DNA from: Rebecca billardiae RCC1528 | Lineage: Eukaryota > Protista > Haptophyta | DNA: 64,000 nucleotides | Direction of reading: 5' to 3' | Assembly: GCA_965240325.2 (NCBI GenBank) | Contig: OZ251235.1 | Span: 62,001-126,000 of the forward strand | Part shown: positions 45,459 through 56,066 of the stretch, piece by piece | Position numbering within the stretch: the first letter of the stretch is position 1 | Layout: each line of letters begins with the position of its first letter | Program-made: the position numbers and the translations under genes | The notes under the pieces: model-generated | Told to the model about the DNA's origin: nothing | Databases searched by the model: none | The model's input: the letters and a program-made list of their open reading frames with translations, nothing else

Positions 45459-48400
45459 ATGGACCGTCCCAAGCGGAGGTACATCCCGCTCGGGTGGAAG
45501 CGCCGCGGGGCGGGCGCGGCATCGCCCGCGCTGGCCGAGCCGCCCGCGCGCGCCAGCGTGCCCGCGCCCGCCGCCGCCGAGCCCCCGCGCGCGAGCCGGC
45601 ACAGGTCGGTGCTCGATCGGAACGGCTCGTTTCAGCGCGTGGGGCAGATGGGCTTCAGCCTGCTGCGCAGCGACAGCAACGTGCGCGCGGTCCCGCCGTA
45701 CGGCCGGCTGAAGCTCTACACGCTCCGCCACTTCCGCCTGCTCCTCTTCAGCCGCGTCGCCCAGCCGCACCCGGACGACCCGCTGCTCGAGCTGTGCGAG
45801 AAGATGGTCTCCGCCGACGGCTCGCTCGAGTACGCGCGGCTCTCGCACTCGTTCAGGCAGCTGGTGATGCACCGGCGGGCGCTGCTGCATCGCGTGGGCG
45901 TCTTCTACGCGACGACGTCCGTCGCGCTCTCCCTCGGCTTCTCGCTCGAGCTGCCCGACGTGTTCCTGCTGCGGAAGCGCGAGCTGCTGATCACGTACTC
46001 GGTGTGCCTCGCGAGCGTCACGTTTGTGGCCGCGCTGCACTTCGCGTCGTACCTCGCGCAGATGACGCTGCTGGGCACGATGATGCAGGCGGTGAAGGGC
46101 CACACCGCCTTCTACGGGCCGAACCGCACGGGCGTCTCCTTCATGCTCGTCATGCTCGGCGCGTGGACCGCCTCCTTCTCTGGGCTCGTGTGCGCGCTCG
46201 TGCTCGGCGCGCCGCTCGGCGCGGCGGTGCCGTTCGCGCTCGCGCTGCTCGGGGTGATCCTCTCGACGTTCGAGCGGGCGCACGTGCGCGCGATCGGCGT
46301 CGCGCGCAGCGGCATGCCCGCCTCCGCGCGCCGCGCCGAGATCCCCGCCGAGTCTGCGCGCGAGCTCGCGCTCGCCGAGCGGCGGCACCACGCGGGCACG
46401 CTGGAGGACGCCAACCTGGACGCAAACGCGCTCGCGACGTGGGCGTGGCTCGTGGTGTTCGCGGGGTACCAGAACCTGGTGGGCCCGCTGTGGGAGATGC
46501 TGCCGTTCGGCTCGGTGCTGCCCGGCGGCTTCATGGTCGTCGCCTGCCTCCTCGCGCTCCTCGCGCAGGCGCGGCTCGTCGACGCGATCTCGAAGCACTC
46601 TTTGCTGCTCGACCCGCTGGATGCGCCGTACCGGCCGTGGGAGCTGACGGACACGTTCTGCCTGTACGCGCTCTCGGCGTTCTCGATGTGCATCGGCGCG
46701 TACGTGCTGCTCATCTCGCTCGTGCCGATGACCAGCGTGCGCCTCGCCTTCGTCTGCGCGCTCTTCGCCGTGCTGTGCGTGCACGAGAACCTGAGGCTCG
46801 AGCGCGCGCACGCCAGGCTCGGGCGCGCGCACGCGGGCGACGAGGGGGCGGCCGCGGCGGCCGCGGCGGGCGTGGGCGCCAAGGGGGCGAACGGCGCGGC
46901 GGCGGCGGCGGTGGCGGGCACGCCCGCGCCCACGCCGCCCAAGGGCGCGAACGGAGCGGCGGCCGCGCCGCCGACGGGCGCGCCCAAGCCGCCGAGGCCC
47001 TCGAGCGGCGGCGTGTGCGCGGGCAGGGGGATGGCGCCGCCCGCCAAGCCGGGGAGCAAGGGGGCGGCGAGCGGAGGTGCGGCGGCGGGCGAGGGCTCGC
47101 CCCCCGACGGGGCGGGGCCGCCGAGCACCCCCGCGCCGCGCGCCGCGTCGCTCAGCGCGGAGAACACGAGCCGCGAGTTCCGCATGCTCGTGCTGCGCCG
47201 CCGCCTCGCCCTCGAGTTTCTCGGCCGCTTCTACATCGTGATCGCGATCTTCTTCACGCGCGCGTCGAACGGGCGGATCCCCGCGGAGCTGCTGCGCGGG
47301 TACTTCACGACGCTCGCCGTGTCGGGCGGTGTGCCCAGCCTCATCGTCGCGCTGCGCTTCACGCGGATGAACGCGGGCATCGTGCGCAACGGCGCGTACT
47401 GGGCGCACCTGACCGGCGGCGGCGAGGCGGCCGTGTCCGCGGCGGGCCGGCTCAACCGGCTGGGCGTGTCCTACCTGCTCTTCGTGCTCGTGACGGCGAT
47501 GGCGTCCGCGTGCGTCGCGTTCCTCTGCCGGCTGCTGCTGCGCTCGTGGCCCGTCGCCGCGGCGTGCGGGCTGGGCACGATGGGCGCGCTCGCCGCGTAC
47601 TGCGAGCTCGTGCACCGCCGCTTCTACGCGTCCGCCGTGGGGCGGATACGCGCGGAGGCGGCGGCCGCGCCGGAGCCAGCCGAGTCGGCGGAGCGGCTCG
47701 CCGAGCTGCGCACGGCGCACATGTGGGGCTCCCTGGGCGACGCGCACGACGACATCACCGCCATCGTGATCTTCGCGTGCACCGTCATCTTCACCGGCAG
47801 CCAGATCTTCTCGGGGCTCGGCCACGTCGAGGCGTTCCTCAGCGTGCGGTACGGCGCGTCTGAGGCGCTGACGCTCGTGCGGTACGCGCCCGCGCTGTGG
47901 GGCGCGGCGACGCTGCTCGTCTCGCTCGTCTCGCTCGTGATCCACCGCAGGCTGCGCACCTCGGTCGCCCGCTTCGGCCGCGCGCTCGACCCGTCCAACC
48001 TGCGCGGCGACTCTCCGCGCGCGTGGGTGCTGTCCGACCTCTTCCTCTCGAGGCTGCTGCTGGTCGTGATGCTGCTGTGCGCGGTCAACCTCGTGCTGTT
48101 CGGCACGCTGTCGGAGGGCGCGATGCTGGGCGTGGACGGCGCGCTGCTCGTCACGTTTGTGGCGCTCGACCGGCGCGAGGAGCGGCGGCTCGAGCTCGAG
48201 TTCCGCGCGAGCGCCGAGCACGGCGGCGCGCGGCCGCCGCTGTCGATGCACCGCGACTGGGGCAGCCTCGTGGTCGAGTTTTCAAACCTGCTCGGCCGGC
48301 GGCGGCACGTGCTGCGCTTCTTCGCGTCGTTCTCGCTCGCGATGGGCTTCCTGTTCATCAACGTGCTCGAGGGGTGGCTGCCCTCGAGCATGCGCGCGGC

Positions 48401-49529
48401 GCAGACCCACTTCTTCACCACGTGGTCCACGCTCGTCTCGGTGGTGACGCTGCTGCTCGCACTGCGCGTGATCCGCATCCAGTCGGGGCTGCGCGTGCTT
48501 GCGGAGCCGCTGCAGGCGCGGCTCAACGCCGTGGGCGGGGTGCCGGTGGAGGCGCTGCCGGCGCACCTGCGGGGCGTGCACGACTCGAGCGCCGCGCTCA
48601 GCGCGCTCGTCAGCACCACCGCGTGCGCCGCGACCGCGCTCTGGGCGGGGTGCGTGCTGCTGCGCGCGCGCGCGCCGCTCGGCGTCGTGGTCGGCGGCGG
48701 CGCGCTCAGCGCCGCCGCGCTCGGCGTTGGCCTCGCGCTCAGGTACGGCCACGAGGGGCGCGAGGCGCGCGCGACGTGGGTGCAGCGCGCCGACTACAAC
48801 AGCGGCCGTATCGCCGAGGAGAAGGGGCGGCAGCACCACCACGCCGCGCCGCTCTCGCCGCCGCCCGCGCGCCCGCTCTCCGCCGCCCAGCTGAACGGCT
48901 ACCTCACGATGCTCGTCGACGACTGCCTCGAGGACATCGGCGCGATCATGCTGCTCGCCGCGTGCTTCGCGTCGGCGGTGCTCCTCGCGTTCGTCGGGCT
49001 GCTCGACCGCGAGCGCGCGCGCGACGGCCGCATCGCGCTGCAGTACAGCTGGGCGTCGGTCGCGATCGGCGCGCTGCTCATCTGCACGATGGGCACCTCG
49101 ATGCGCATGCACCGCGCGCTCACGCAGCAGGTGGCGCGCTGCACGCTGCTCGCGCTCGACGAGCCGGACGCGCCACGCTCGGCGCGCAGGATGCGCGGCG
49201 TGCGCAAGATGCGCTTCTCGTACGCCAGCCTCGCGCTTCTCTTCTCGTTCGGCGTCTTCTTCGCCGCGCCGCACGTGCTCGGGCCGGCGCACGCCGAGCG
49301 GTCCTCGCCCCTGAGCGCGCTGCTGCGCGGCGCGATCGCCATCCTCGTCTACTCGGCGCTCGCCATCGAGCACGAGCTGCGCATCAAGGCGCAGTACGAC
49401 GCGTCGCGCGGCAAGGACACGCCGCGCTCTGGCTTCCCGCTCTCCTGCCTCGGCGCGTGCGTGTTCGTGACCCCGCTCGCCAGCGGCAGCGCGCACGGCG
49501 GGCATTCGAGGGCAGCGTCGCTCGTGTAG
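45459..49529 (+). CDS. Large intronless polytopic membrane protein (about 1356 aa, about 24 TM, three internal repeats)
   Basis: Long open frame with typical coding bias and many hydrophobic helices in repeated blocks. No family motif was recognised with certainty. Confidence 0.8.
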   Translation: MDRPKRRYIPLGWKRRGAGAASPALAEPPARASVPAPAAAEPPRASRHRSVLDRNGSFQRVGQMGFSLLRSDSNVRAVPPYGRLKLYTLRHFRLLLFSRVAQPHPDDPLLELCEKMVSADGSLEYARLSHSFRQLVMHRRALLHRVGVFYATTSVALSLGFSLELPDVFLLRKRELLITYSVCLASVTFVAALHFASYLAQMTLLGTMMQAVKGHTAFYGPNRTGVSFMLVMLGAWTASFSGLVCALVLGAPLGAAVPFALALLGVILSTFERAHVRAIGVARSGMPASARRAEIPAESARELALAERRHHAGTLEDANLDANALATWAWLVVFAGYQNLVGPLWEMLPFGSVLPGGFMVVACLLALLAQARLVDAISKHSLLLDPLDAPYRPWELTDTFCLYALSAFSMCIGAYVLLISLVPMTSVRLAFVCALFAVLCVHENLRLERAHARLGRAHAGDEGAAAAAAAGVGAKGANGAAAAAVAGTPAPTPPKGANGAAAAPPTGAPKPPRPSSGGVCAGRGMAPPAKPGSKGAASGGAAAGEGSPPDGAGPPSTPAPRAASLSAENTSREFRMLVLRRRLALEFLGRFYIVIAIFFTRASNGRIPAELLRGYFTTLAVSGGVPSLIVALRFTRMNAGIVRNGAYWAHLTGGGEAAVSAAGRLNRLGVSYLLFVLVTAMASACVAFLCRLLLRSWPVAAACGLGTMGALAAYCELVHRRFYASAVGRIRAEAAAAPEPAESAERLAELRTAHMWGSLGDAHDDITAIVIFACTVIFTGSQIFSGLGHVEAFLSVRYGASEALTLVRYAPALWGAATLLVSLVSLVIHRRLRTSVARFGRALDPSNLRGDSPRAWVLSDLFLSRLLLVVMLLCAVNLVLFGTLSEGAMLGVDGALLVTFVALDRREERRLELEFRASAEHGGARPPLSMHRDWGSLVVEFSNLLGRRRHVLRFFASFSLAMGFLFINVLEGWLPSSMRAAQTHFFTTWSTLVSVVTLLLALRVIRIQSGLRVLAEPLQARLNAVGGVPVEALPAHLRGVHDSSAALSALVSTTACAATALWAGCVLLRARAPLGVVVGGGALSAAALGVGLALRYGHEGREARATWVQRADYNSGRIAEEKGRQHHHAAPLSPPPARPLSAAQLNGYLTMLVDDCLEDIGAIMLLAACFASAVLLAFVGLLDRERARDGRIALQYSWASVAIGALLICTMGTSMRMHRALTQQVARCTLLALDEPDAPRSARRMRGVRKMRFSYASLALLFSFGVFFAAPHVLGPAHAERSSPLSALLRGAIAILVYSALAIEHELRIKAQYDASRGKDTPRSGFPLSCLGACVFVTPLASGSAHGGHSRAASLV

Positions 49530-50000
49530 CAATGTCTGGCGGCAGACCACGATGCACTCACTGTGCAGTCGATGCATGCATGGCGGATCATCGCGAGGCG
49601 ATGATATCGAACTCTGCAGCGAGCCCGAAGCAGCCACGCGATAGTATCCTCGTCGCCGTAGTCGTGATGATCGGCGCGTCGTCATCATCCGACGTGACTC
49701 TCACCGCGCATCACATCTGCGCAGCTCAAGCTGACGCCGACGAGCAGCGCAGACCGTGTCCGTCGACGAGTCGTGACGATCGATCCGCGATGATCGTCAG
49801 TGACAGTAGTTTGTAGTTCTGAATCTGACTAGCTACGACGACGCGCACGAATCATCTGACGACGGGAATCTCGTAGGGCGGTCTCGGAGAGCAGTCGGAG
49901 TCGGACCCGGACTCCGGAGTCGCCGTCGGACGCCGCCGCTCACGCCGCGTGCCGATCAGTAAAGTGTAAACCGGCCGCCTGATCCCTATATCTGCTGCTG

Positions 50001-50113
<113 letters not shown>

Positions 50114-50580
50114 CGATGACGAGATGATGACTATGACAGTATATATCGCGCGCGATTACGGCCGATGATGACGATGATGATGTAGCTTAGTACTCGGTAA
50201 TTAGTAGTCGTCACGTCCGTGATGATATGACCGGCCATCATCATGATAGTCGTGTCGCGTATTCATCGTCATCACATTAAATGAATATAAATCAATGATG
50301 CGCGCTGACAAGACGACGGATATATAACGGTATATATATATATAGGATGCCCGATGGAGCTGTGCTTCGGTCGTGAGCTTATTCTGCCGCCCCTGTGAGT
50401 CGTCGATCTGCTGTCGTCATCGCGCGTAGTCGTAATCAGCATATATATGTATATACTGGCATGGACTACCATCGCCATCGGCACGACCTGGCATCTATCT
50501 GCTGCGTGACGAGTCGCGCGCAGCCGCCTGAGCGGCAGCAGACAGCCGTGAGCCCGGTCAAGCGACAGCGAGCCCGACGG

Positions 50581-52699
50581 TTAGGCTACGGCCGGCGCCA
50601 GCGTCACGGCCAGCCCATGCGGCTCGCGCGCAAAGCCACGCGCCGGCGCGTGCGCCGGGCTGGCCGCGACGCTGAGCTCGAACGCGTCGACGACGGCACC
50701 GGCACACAGCTCGAGCACTGTGCGCGCCAGCCGCTCGCCCACGCAGCCGTGCCGCCCGAGCGCGAAGGGGAAGATGGCGCGCCCGCCGCTGCCCCCGCCG
50801 CCGCCATCGCCGCTGTCGCCGTCGCCGTCGCCGCCCTCCGCGCCCTCCCACCGGCTCGGCCGCCACGCCTCCGGCTGCGCAAAGTGCTGCGGCGCGCGGA
50901 AGAGCGCGTGCGCGGGCAGCTGCACGAGCGCCCCAGCCGGCAGCACCAGCGGGGGCTGTGCGAGCCAGGGCGGCGCGGCTGGCGCGTCGGTGAGCGGCGG
51001 GTGCAGCGGGTGGCCGCGGGGCGCGTCGCTGGTGGCGGGCGGCGCCGCGGCGCTCGCTTGCGCGCTGCCGTGCAGCTCAGGCCGGGCAGGAAGGTTCTGG
51101 ACATTTCCGAGCGGGTACTCGCGGCCGAGCCGGCGCACCGCGCCTTCCGGCAACGCGCAGTGCAGCCGCAGGCTCTCGGTGATCGCGTGGCGCAGCAGCG
51201 AGTCCGCCGCGCTGGTCGGCCCGCGCGCCCCCGCGCCGCCGGGCCCGGGCCCCGCCGAGCGCGCGCGCCGCGCCGCCCTCAGCCGCCGCTGGTGCTCCGG
51301 GTGGGCGGCCAGGTCAGCGAGCACCCAGCCGAGCTGCGCGGCGACGGGCGCGATGCCGGCGAGGAGGAAGCCGCAGAGCTCCGTGCCGAGCGCCGCGTCA
51401 CCCTCGGCGCGCACGCCGCTCGCGTCGAGCTGGGCGAGGAGCGCCTCCGCCATCGCCTCGCCCTCCGCGCTGCCCGCGGCCGCGCGCTCGCGCGCGGCGC
51501 GGCAGCGCGCCACCATCTGCGCGCAGCTGCGGAGGAGCGCCTCGGAGGCTGCGCGCGCGCGCGCACACAGCCGCGGCGGCGAGGCGCGCAGCGCGCGCAG
51601 CACGCCGGCCCAGCGCGCCGAGCCCACGTCCGCGACCACGCCAGCGAGGCGTGCGCCCAAGTCCGCGACCTCCGCCTGTTTGCAGCGGCGGCGACCACGG
51701 CGGCGAGGCGCCGAGCGCACGCAGCGCACCGAGCACACAGCCGCACGGGCGCGCGCGCGCGTGAGCTGGGGGCACGCGGAGCCGCGCGCGTGTGCGCGCG
51801 CGGCGGCGTTTGGCGGGCCGTCTGCGCTGCGGCCCACGCCTCGGCGCAGGCGCGTACGTCCGTGAGCACCTCGGCGCCGCAGACAACGTCGCACAGAACG
51901 CGCGTGCTCAGCCGCCACAGCGGTGCCCCCAGCGGGAGCGCTCGGCCGGTGAGCGCGGCTGGGCGCAGCTCGCTCGCGAGCCAGCGTGAGACGCAGCGCT
52001 CGCATGCCGCGCGCATGCCGAGCGCGCGCTTGGGCGAGAAGGCGCGCGCCGCGCACTTGCGCGCGCGCGCCCACGCCGCGCCGTGCTGCTCGCCCATCTC
52101 GTCGCCTCTTGACACGACGGAGTGCGCGCCGCCCGTGAGCGCGGCCCACTCCGCATACGGCTGCGCGCACGGGCGGGCGCGCGGCACGGGGGCGTCCCGG
52201 TCGGCGGCACGCGCCGCGCGGACCATGCGCATCCACCGCCACGGGGCCACCGGGGTGCGGCCGGGCGCGGGCGCTTGTGCACACGCTCTCTCTCTCCGCG
52301 CGCGCGCACAAAGGCGGGCTTCTGCGAGAGCGGATCCAGAAGAATCTCGCGGGCCAGGTCGAGATCGGCGCAGACGTAGAAGCGGGACGGCGTGGGCATC
52401 GCGAGGCGGAAGACGCTGCCGAAGCGCTGCACAATGCGCAGGACCAGCTCCGGCGCCTCGCCCGACCTCACCGCGCGTACGACGCGCAAGACGGACACGG
52501 GCGCGCGCGGCGGCAGCGCATCGCCGTCGCTGAACATGAAGACGAAGAGGGCCATGGCGCCGAGCGCGAGCAGCGGGAGCGCGATGCCGACGATCATCAT
52601 GATGCGCGCATCCGCGGCGCGACGCTTGGCGAGCTCGTGTGGGTTCATCATGCCGCTCAGGTCGACGCCCGACCCGAAGGCCGGGCAGAAGACGCCCAT
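50581..52699 (-). CDS. Cytochrome P450 (exons about 52699-52310, 52160-51858, 51675-50581; start uncertain)
   Basis: N-terminal TM followed by LPP, W...RK C-helix, I-helix FLLAG, ESLR (ExxR), WRPSRW (PERF-like) and heme motif PFALGRHGCVG. Confidence 0.9.
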
Positions 52700-52989
52700 G
52701 CCCCGCGGCGAGATCGCGCGCCGCCAAGGGTGGTTCCTCATCAAGAACTCCGCCCACTCCGGCCGCCTTCCTACTTGGCTTTGGAGCTTCGTCGTTGTCA
52801 CGAACTCAAGGAAGGCGAGAAAGGCGGGCACATTCGAGAATCGAGCCAAGTGACGAACGGGCTGAAGAACTGACGGCCGCGCATCTTGTATGCAGCGTGC
52901 TGTGCTTGCCCACAATCATCCGCCCGGTGCTGAAGGCCGGTGCCATCGACCCGCGCGCGCGCCGCGCACGCGGGGGCTCCCCGTGCAGC

Positions 52990-54690
52990 ATGGCCCCGGT
53001 CGGCCGGGCTGGCGGCTTCGTACGCGAGTTTGTGCACGGGCCGGCCATCTGGCTCGTGCCCGTCCTCGCCGGCTGGTGCCTCTCGGCGGGCATCGTGATC
53101 ACGCCCAAGACGGACATCATGCAGGACTACTTTGCGTCTGTCGCGCCGCACATCGCGTCGCAGCGAGGCGGGCGCGACGTGCAGCAAGGGATCTGCCCGT
53201 CAGAACCCACGCCGCAGAACGCCGAGCGCTGCGCCGCCGGCGCCGCCGCCTCCGTCGACGTGACCAGCTACACGAGCGCGGCAGGCGCGCTCGTCTCCTT
53301 CCTCGTCACGCCCGGCCTCGGGCGCATCAGCGACGAGCTCGGGCGCCGGCCGTTCGTGCTCGGCGGCTTCGTGCTCCCGCTACTCGGCCACGTGTGCCTC
53401 GCCTGGTACTACTCGAGCGTGCGCCGCGGCTGGCCCGCGTACGTCGACCTGTGGGCGTACCTGGGGCTGAGCGCGCTCGGCTTCTCGATCCCAATCAGCA
53501 TGTCTCTCTCGTACTTTGCGGACAGCTTCAGCCCGCACAACCGCGCGGCGGGGTTCGGCGTGGTGCTCTTCACCTTCTCCGCCGCGATCATCATCGGCCC
53601 CAAGCTCGGCACCTTCCTCCCCGTCGAGGTCGCGCTGTGGGCGGCGGTGGGCATCAACGCGCTCGGCTTGCTCGCAGGCGCGCTGTTCCTGCCGGAGACG
53701 CTCAGCGCCGAGCGGAGGGCGCTCGCGCGCGCGCACGCGCCGGGGCGGCGCGCGCGCGTGCGGGACTTTGTCGACGCCGCGTCGATCCTCGGCCGCGACC
53801 GCTTCTTCGCCGTGCTCGCCGCCGTCGCCGCCACCGATGGCGTCGCCCTGCAGGGCATGCAGGACGTCTCGCTTTTCTATCTCAAGGAGACGCTCGGCTT
53901 TGACGACGGCGCGCGCGGCGCGCTGCTCGAGTGCGTCGGCTTCGGCGGGCTGATCGTGCAGGCGCTGCTGCTCAAGCCGCTGGTCGCGTGCATCCGCGAG
54001 CGCGGCACGCTGCTCCTCGGCCTCGGCTGCACCTGGGCCCTGATCTGCACGTACGCGCTCGTCGGCCAGCTGCGCACGTCCGGACGGATTGGGCCGGGGG
54101 GCGCGAGCGCGGCGGTGTTCGCCGTGATCGTGCCGGCGCAGGCGCTGGCGGGCGTGACGTTCCCCGCGATCTCGGCGCTCAAGGCGAACCACGCGCACAG
54201 CGAGGAGCAGGGGCAGGTGCAGGGCGCCCTCAGCGGCGCGCGCAGCCTGGCCACCGGCGCCGGCCCGCTCCTGACCGCGTGGCTCTGGCGCGCGCTGCCC
54301 GGCCGGCAGTACCTCGTGTACTACGTGCTCGCATCGTTCGTGCTGCTCGCGCTGGCGCTCGCCGCGCTGACGCTCCCGCGCGCGCGCGCGCTGCCCGGCG
54401 CGACGCGGCTCAAGGAGCCGCTGCTCGACGCAGCCGCGGAGGAGGAGGCCGGCCGGCCGAGCGGCGTGCACTCGCGGCTCGATGCGGGCGCGGGCGGCAT
54501 GCGTGCGAGCGCGTCCGAGCCCTCCCTGAGGACGGGCTCGGACGCGTCCGAGGAGGACGCCGATCTGGCGCTCAGCATCGGCGTGAGCGTCGGGCACGGT
54601 GCCGGCATGGGCGCAGCGCCTCACACCGCCTCGATGTCGCGCATCGCGGTCGCGCCAGTGCGCTGCTCGAGGAGCAGCCCAGGCGCATGA
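52990..54690 (+). CDS. MFS transporter, TetA/MFSD14 (HIAT1)-like
   Basis: Motif A GRISDELGRRP, about 12 TM, SYFAD...RAAGFG and EQGQVQGALSGARSL. Confidence 0.9.
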   Translation: MAPVGRAGGFVREFVHGPAIWLVPVLAGWCLSAGIVITPKTDIMQDYFASVAPHIASQRGGRDVQQGICPSEPTPQNAERCAAGAAASVDVTSYTSAAGALVSFLVTPGLGRISDELGRRPFVLGGFVLPLLGHVCLAWYYSSVRRGWPAYVDLWAYLGLSALGFSIPISMSLSYFADSFSPHNRAAGFGVVLFTFSAAIIIGPKLGTFLPVEVALWAAVGINALGLLAGALFLPETLSAERRALARAHAPGRRARVRDFVDAASILGRDRFFAVLAAVAATDGVALQGMQDVSLFYLKETLGFDDGARGALLECVGFGGLIVQALLLKPLVACIRERGTLLLGLGCTWALICTYALVGQLRTSGRIGPGGASAAVFAVIVPAQALAGVTFPAISALKANHAHSEEQGQVQGALSGARSLATGAGPLLTAWLWRALPGRQYLVYYVLASFVLLALALAALTLPRARALPGATRLKEPLLDAAAEEEAGRPSGVHSRLDAGAGGMRASASEPSLRTGSDASEEDADLALSIGVSVGHGAGMGAAPHTASMSRIAVAPVRCSRSSPGA

Positions 54691-55492
54691 CGGCGACGTC
54701 TGGCATCTGGCCCGCGCGTACGTTGGCTGATCGACACTGCGGTAGTTGGCTGACGTACCTGCTGGGTGAGCTGGGTCCTGGCCCTGCGACGGCGACGAGC
54801 GGTTGGACTCAGCCTTAGGCAGCAGGGCTCAGGCTGTGGGCGACCCATCATCGGTTCGGACCGTTCAGACTCAGCTGGTAGCTGAGACATTATTGCACGC
54901 ATGATGGCCCTGTCCGGGACCGCGTGACTCGCCGCTGAGTCGCCGACGGGCGGCCGTGTGACAGGCTACGGCTATGACGACTGACATATATTGACGTATA
55001 CGTCACATGAGTACTGATGCATAGTCGTGTAGCAGTGAGTCGTATCATAGCCCTGTGGGCTGCAGACCAGTGCTCGGCAGTGCAGCCGGCTCCACTCGTC
55101 ACTCGATCTGAAACCGTAGTACCGTCGAGTCTGTCCGTGCTGGAGACGGCCCGCGCCGGCGTGCGTGAGCCCGCGTGACCCGTGAAGTGTCGTGCGACGG
55201 TGATGGCGGTCGGTCGGTCGCGAGGGGGGCTGTCGTACCTGGGCCACGGCGCCTGACCTAGAGCGGGTGGACGATGAGCACAATGACATGATGGACCACA
55301 GGGTCAGCACGACGATTGACGTTCCCACGTGCGTGAGTTGGGTTGTCGCCGGCTGAGTCGCCAAGCGCCGCAAACGGCTGGAGAAGAGGCAGTTGGAGAC
55401 AATTCAGCTGAAGGCTGCTCATCTCGCTGCTCGAGCTCAAACTTAGCAGCCGCCGAGTCCCACCGAGCTGGAGAGCAATGAAGTCATGTGCG

Positions 55493-55690
55493 CTACTTCT
55501 TCGCAGCTGCACGCCATGCTGCCCGCAGGCATTGGTAGAGCTGCTGGTACTCGCGCTCGCAAACACCGCGCTCGATGTTGGCCGCGTGCGTTGCGATGCA
55601 CGCGCCGTATGCGCTGACCTCGGTGGAGCACGTCGCAAACGACGCGGAGAGGCGCGCAAGATGCTCACGTCGGCGAGGCGGGGGTGCCAT
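55493..55690 (-). CDS. Twin CX9C mitochondrial intermembrane-space protein, NDUFAF8-like
   Basis: CSTEVSAYGAC...CEREYQQLYQC (two CX9C motifs) in a 65-aa ORF. Confidence 0.8.
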   Translation of the reverse strand: MAPPPRRREHLARLSASFATCSTEVSAYGACIATHAANIERGVCEREYQQLYQCLRAAWRAAAKK

Positions 55691-56066
55691 GGATTTCGCT
55701 GCACTGGCGTTCGGATCTCCGCCACGACCGGCCGACGACATCACAATGGCGGCGGCCTTTGGGCCAGCGCGGCCCAAGCATGATCCTCAGGCCGATTGTG
55801 CCTGGCACCGACGCAGGCCAGCGGCCGCAAGCGTTGCATACCAGCCATGCGCGGTCAAGCTGCCGCGACTGCCACTTGGGCACGACAGCTCTGCTGCCCG
55901 CTGCCGCTGCGGCGCTGGCAGACGGCGGCCTGCAGACAATTCCGGCTGACACGGGGCGCACACGGAGCGCACTGCGCGGCACGGAACGCGCACCAGACGC
56001 CATGCCCGCACGGCAGCGAGGGAGTGGCGGACACGGCTGCGCAGCCGGGGGGCGGGCGGACGTGCG

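Noticed and set aside
44880-48251. 1123-aa minus-strand ORF, and similar giant R/A/G-rich ORFs (e.g. 56493-60455 +, 23274-25922 -, 9704-11593 -)
   Set aside because: These are antisense or off-frame shadows of real genes, caused by stop-codon scarcity at high GC. They have no domain motifs. Only the last part of the 44880-48251 ORF is real (exon 1 of the nucleotide-sugar transporter).
50950-51110. Third intron in the P450 explaining the Pro-rich insertion
   Set aside because: No convincing GTGCG-type donor was found and the frame is open, so it was left as coding.
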